A stretch of 64,000 bases of DNA from Antedon mediterranea (taxonomy: Eukaryota; Animalia; Echinodermata). The notes under the pieces are model-generated. The model did not search any database. It saw only the letters and a program-made list of their open reading frames with translations, and was not told the origin of the DNA. Both the position numbers and the translations under genes were made by a program. This document shows, piece after piece, positions 63,824 through 64,000 of the stretch. Positions within the stretch are counted from its first letter, which is position 1, and each line of letters opens with the position of its first letter. Where the stretch lies: contig NC_092670.1 of the NCBI RefSeq assembly GCF_964355755.1, positions 27,266,795 to 27,330,794 of the forward strand. The letters are read 5' to 3'.

Positions 63824-64000
63824 TAAATTTTCGCCATTTTTCGAAAAAAAATTCTTATGGCCTCTTGCAGGAACATTTTTCGAAAAATGGCTAAATTTCG
63901 AACCTTTTATTTTTTGACATAACTAGTTACTATGGCTCTATAAGATGATGTTAACACAATATATTTGCATAAATGGCAATATTATAATTTATCATAATTA
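63824..64000 (-). repeat. ~180-bp satellite in inverted orientation
   Basis: GACATAACTAGTTACTATGGCTCTATAAGATGATG is the reverse complement of the 58455-62470 monomer core. Confidence 0.93.

Overview
AT-rich eukaryotic (probably invertebrate animal) DNA made almost entirely of transposable elements and satellites; no conventional host gene is recognisable. 1.6-16.5 kb: an intron-containing Ginger1-like DNA-transposon gene (Gypsy-type integrase + OTU protease + degenerate Cys-rich tail) with a premature stop. Its first intron holds a complete, young Gypsy LTR retrotransposon (3537-12116; 582-bp LTRs, GTAG TSD, -1 gag/pol frameshift, atypical HHDD RT motif). 17.1-25.9 kb: (TA)n tracts flank a tRNA-like unit and an 8.4-kb element carrying a spliced Myb/SANT-like gene with a fourfold duplicated exon. 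The rest: a ~120-bp satellite with a 3855-bp higher-order duplication, a TTAA-flanked Kolobok-like element, a tandem array of Helitron/Helentron-like units, a Penelope GIY-YIG fragment, an inverted-repeat element filled with a 21-bp satellite, a GA-rich satellite interrupted by a CR1/L2-group LINE with intact ORF2, and a ~180-bp satellite. All calls were made by eye; no searches were run.
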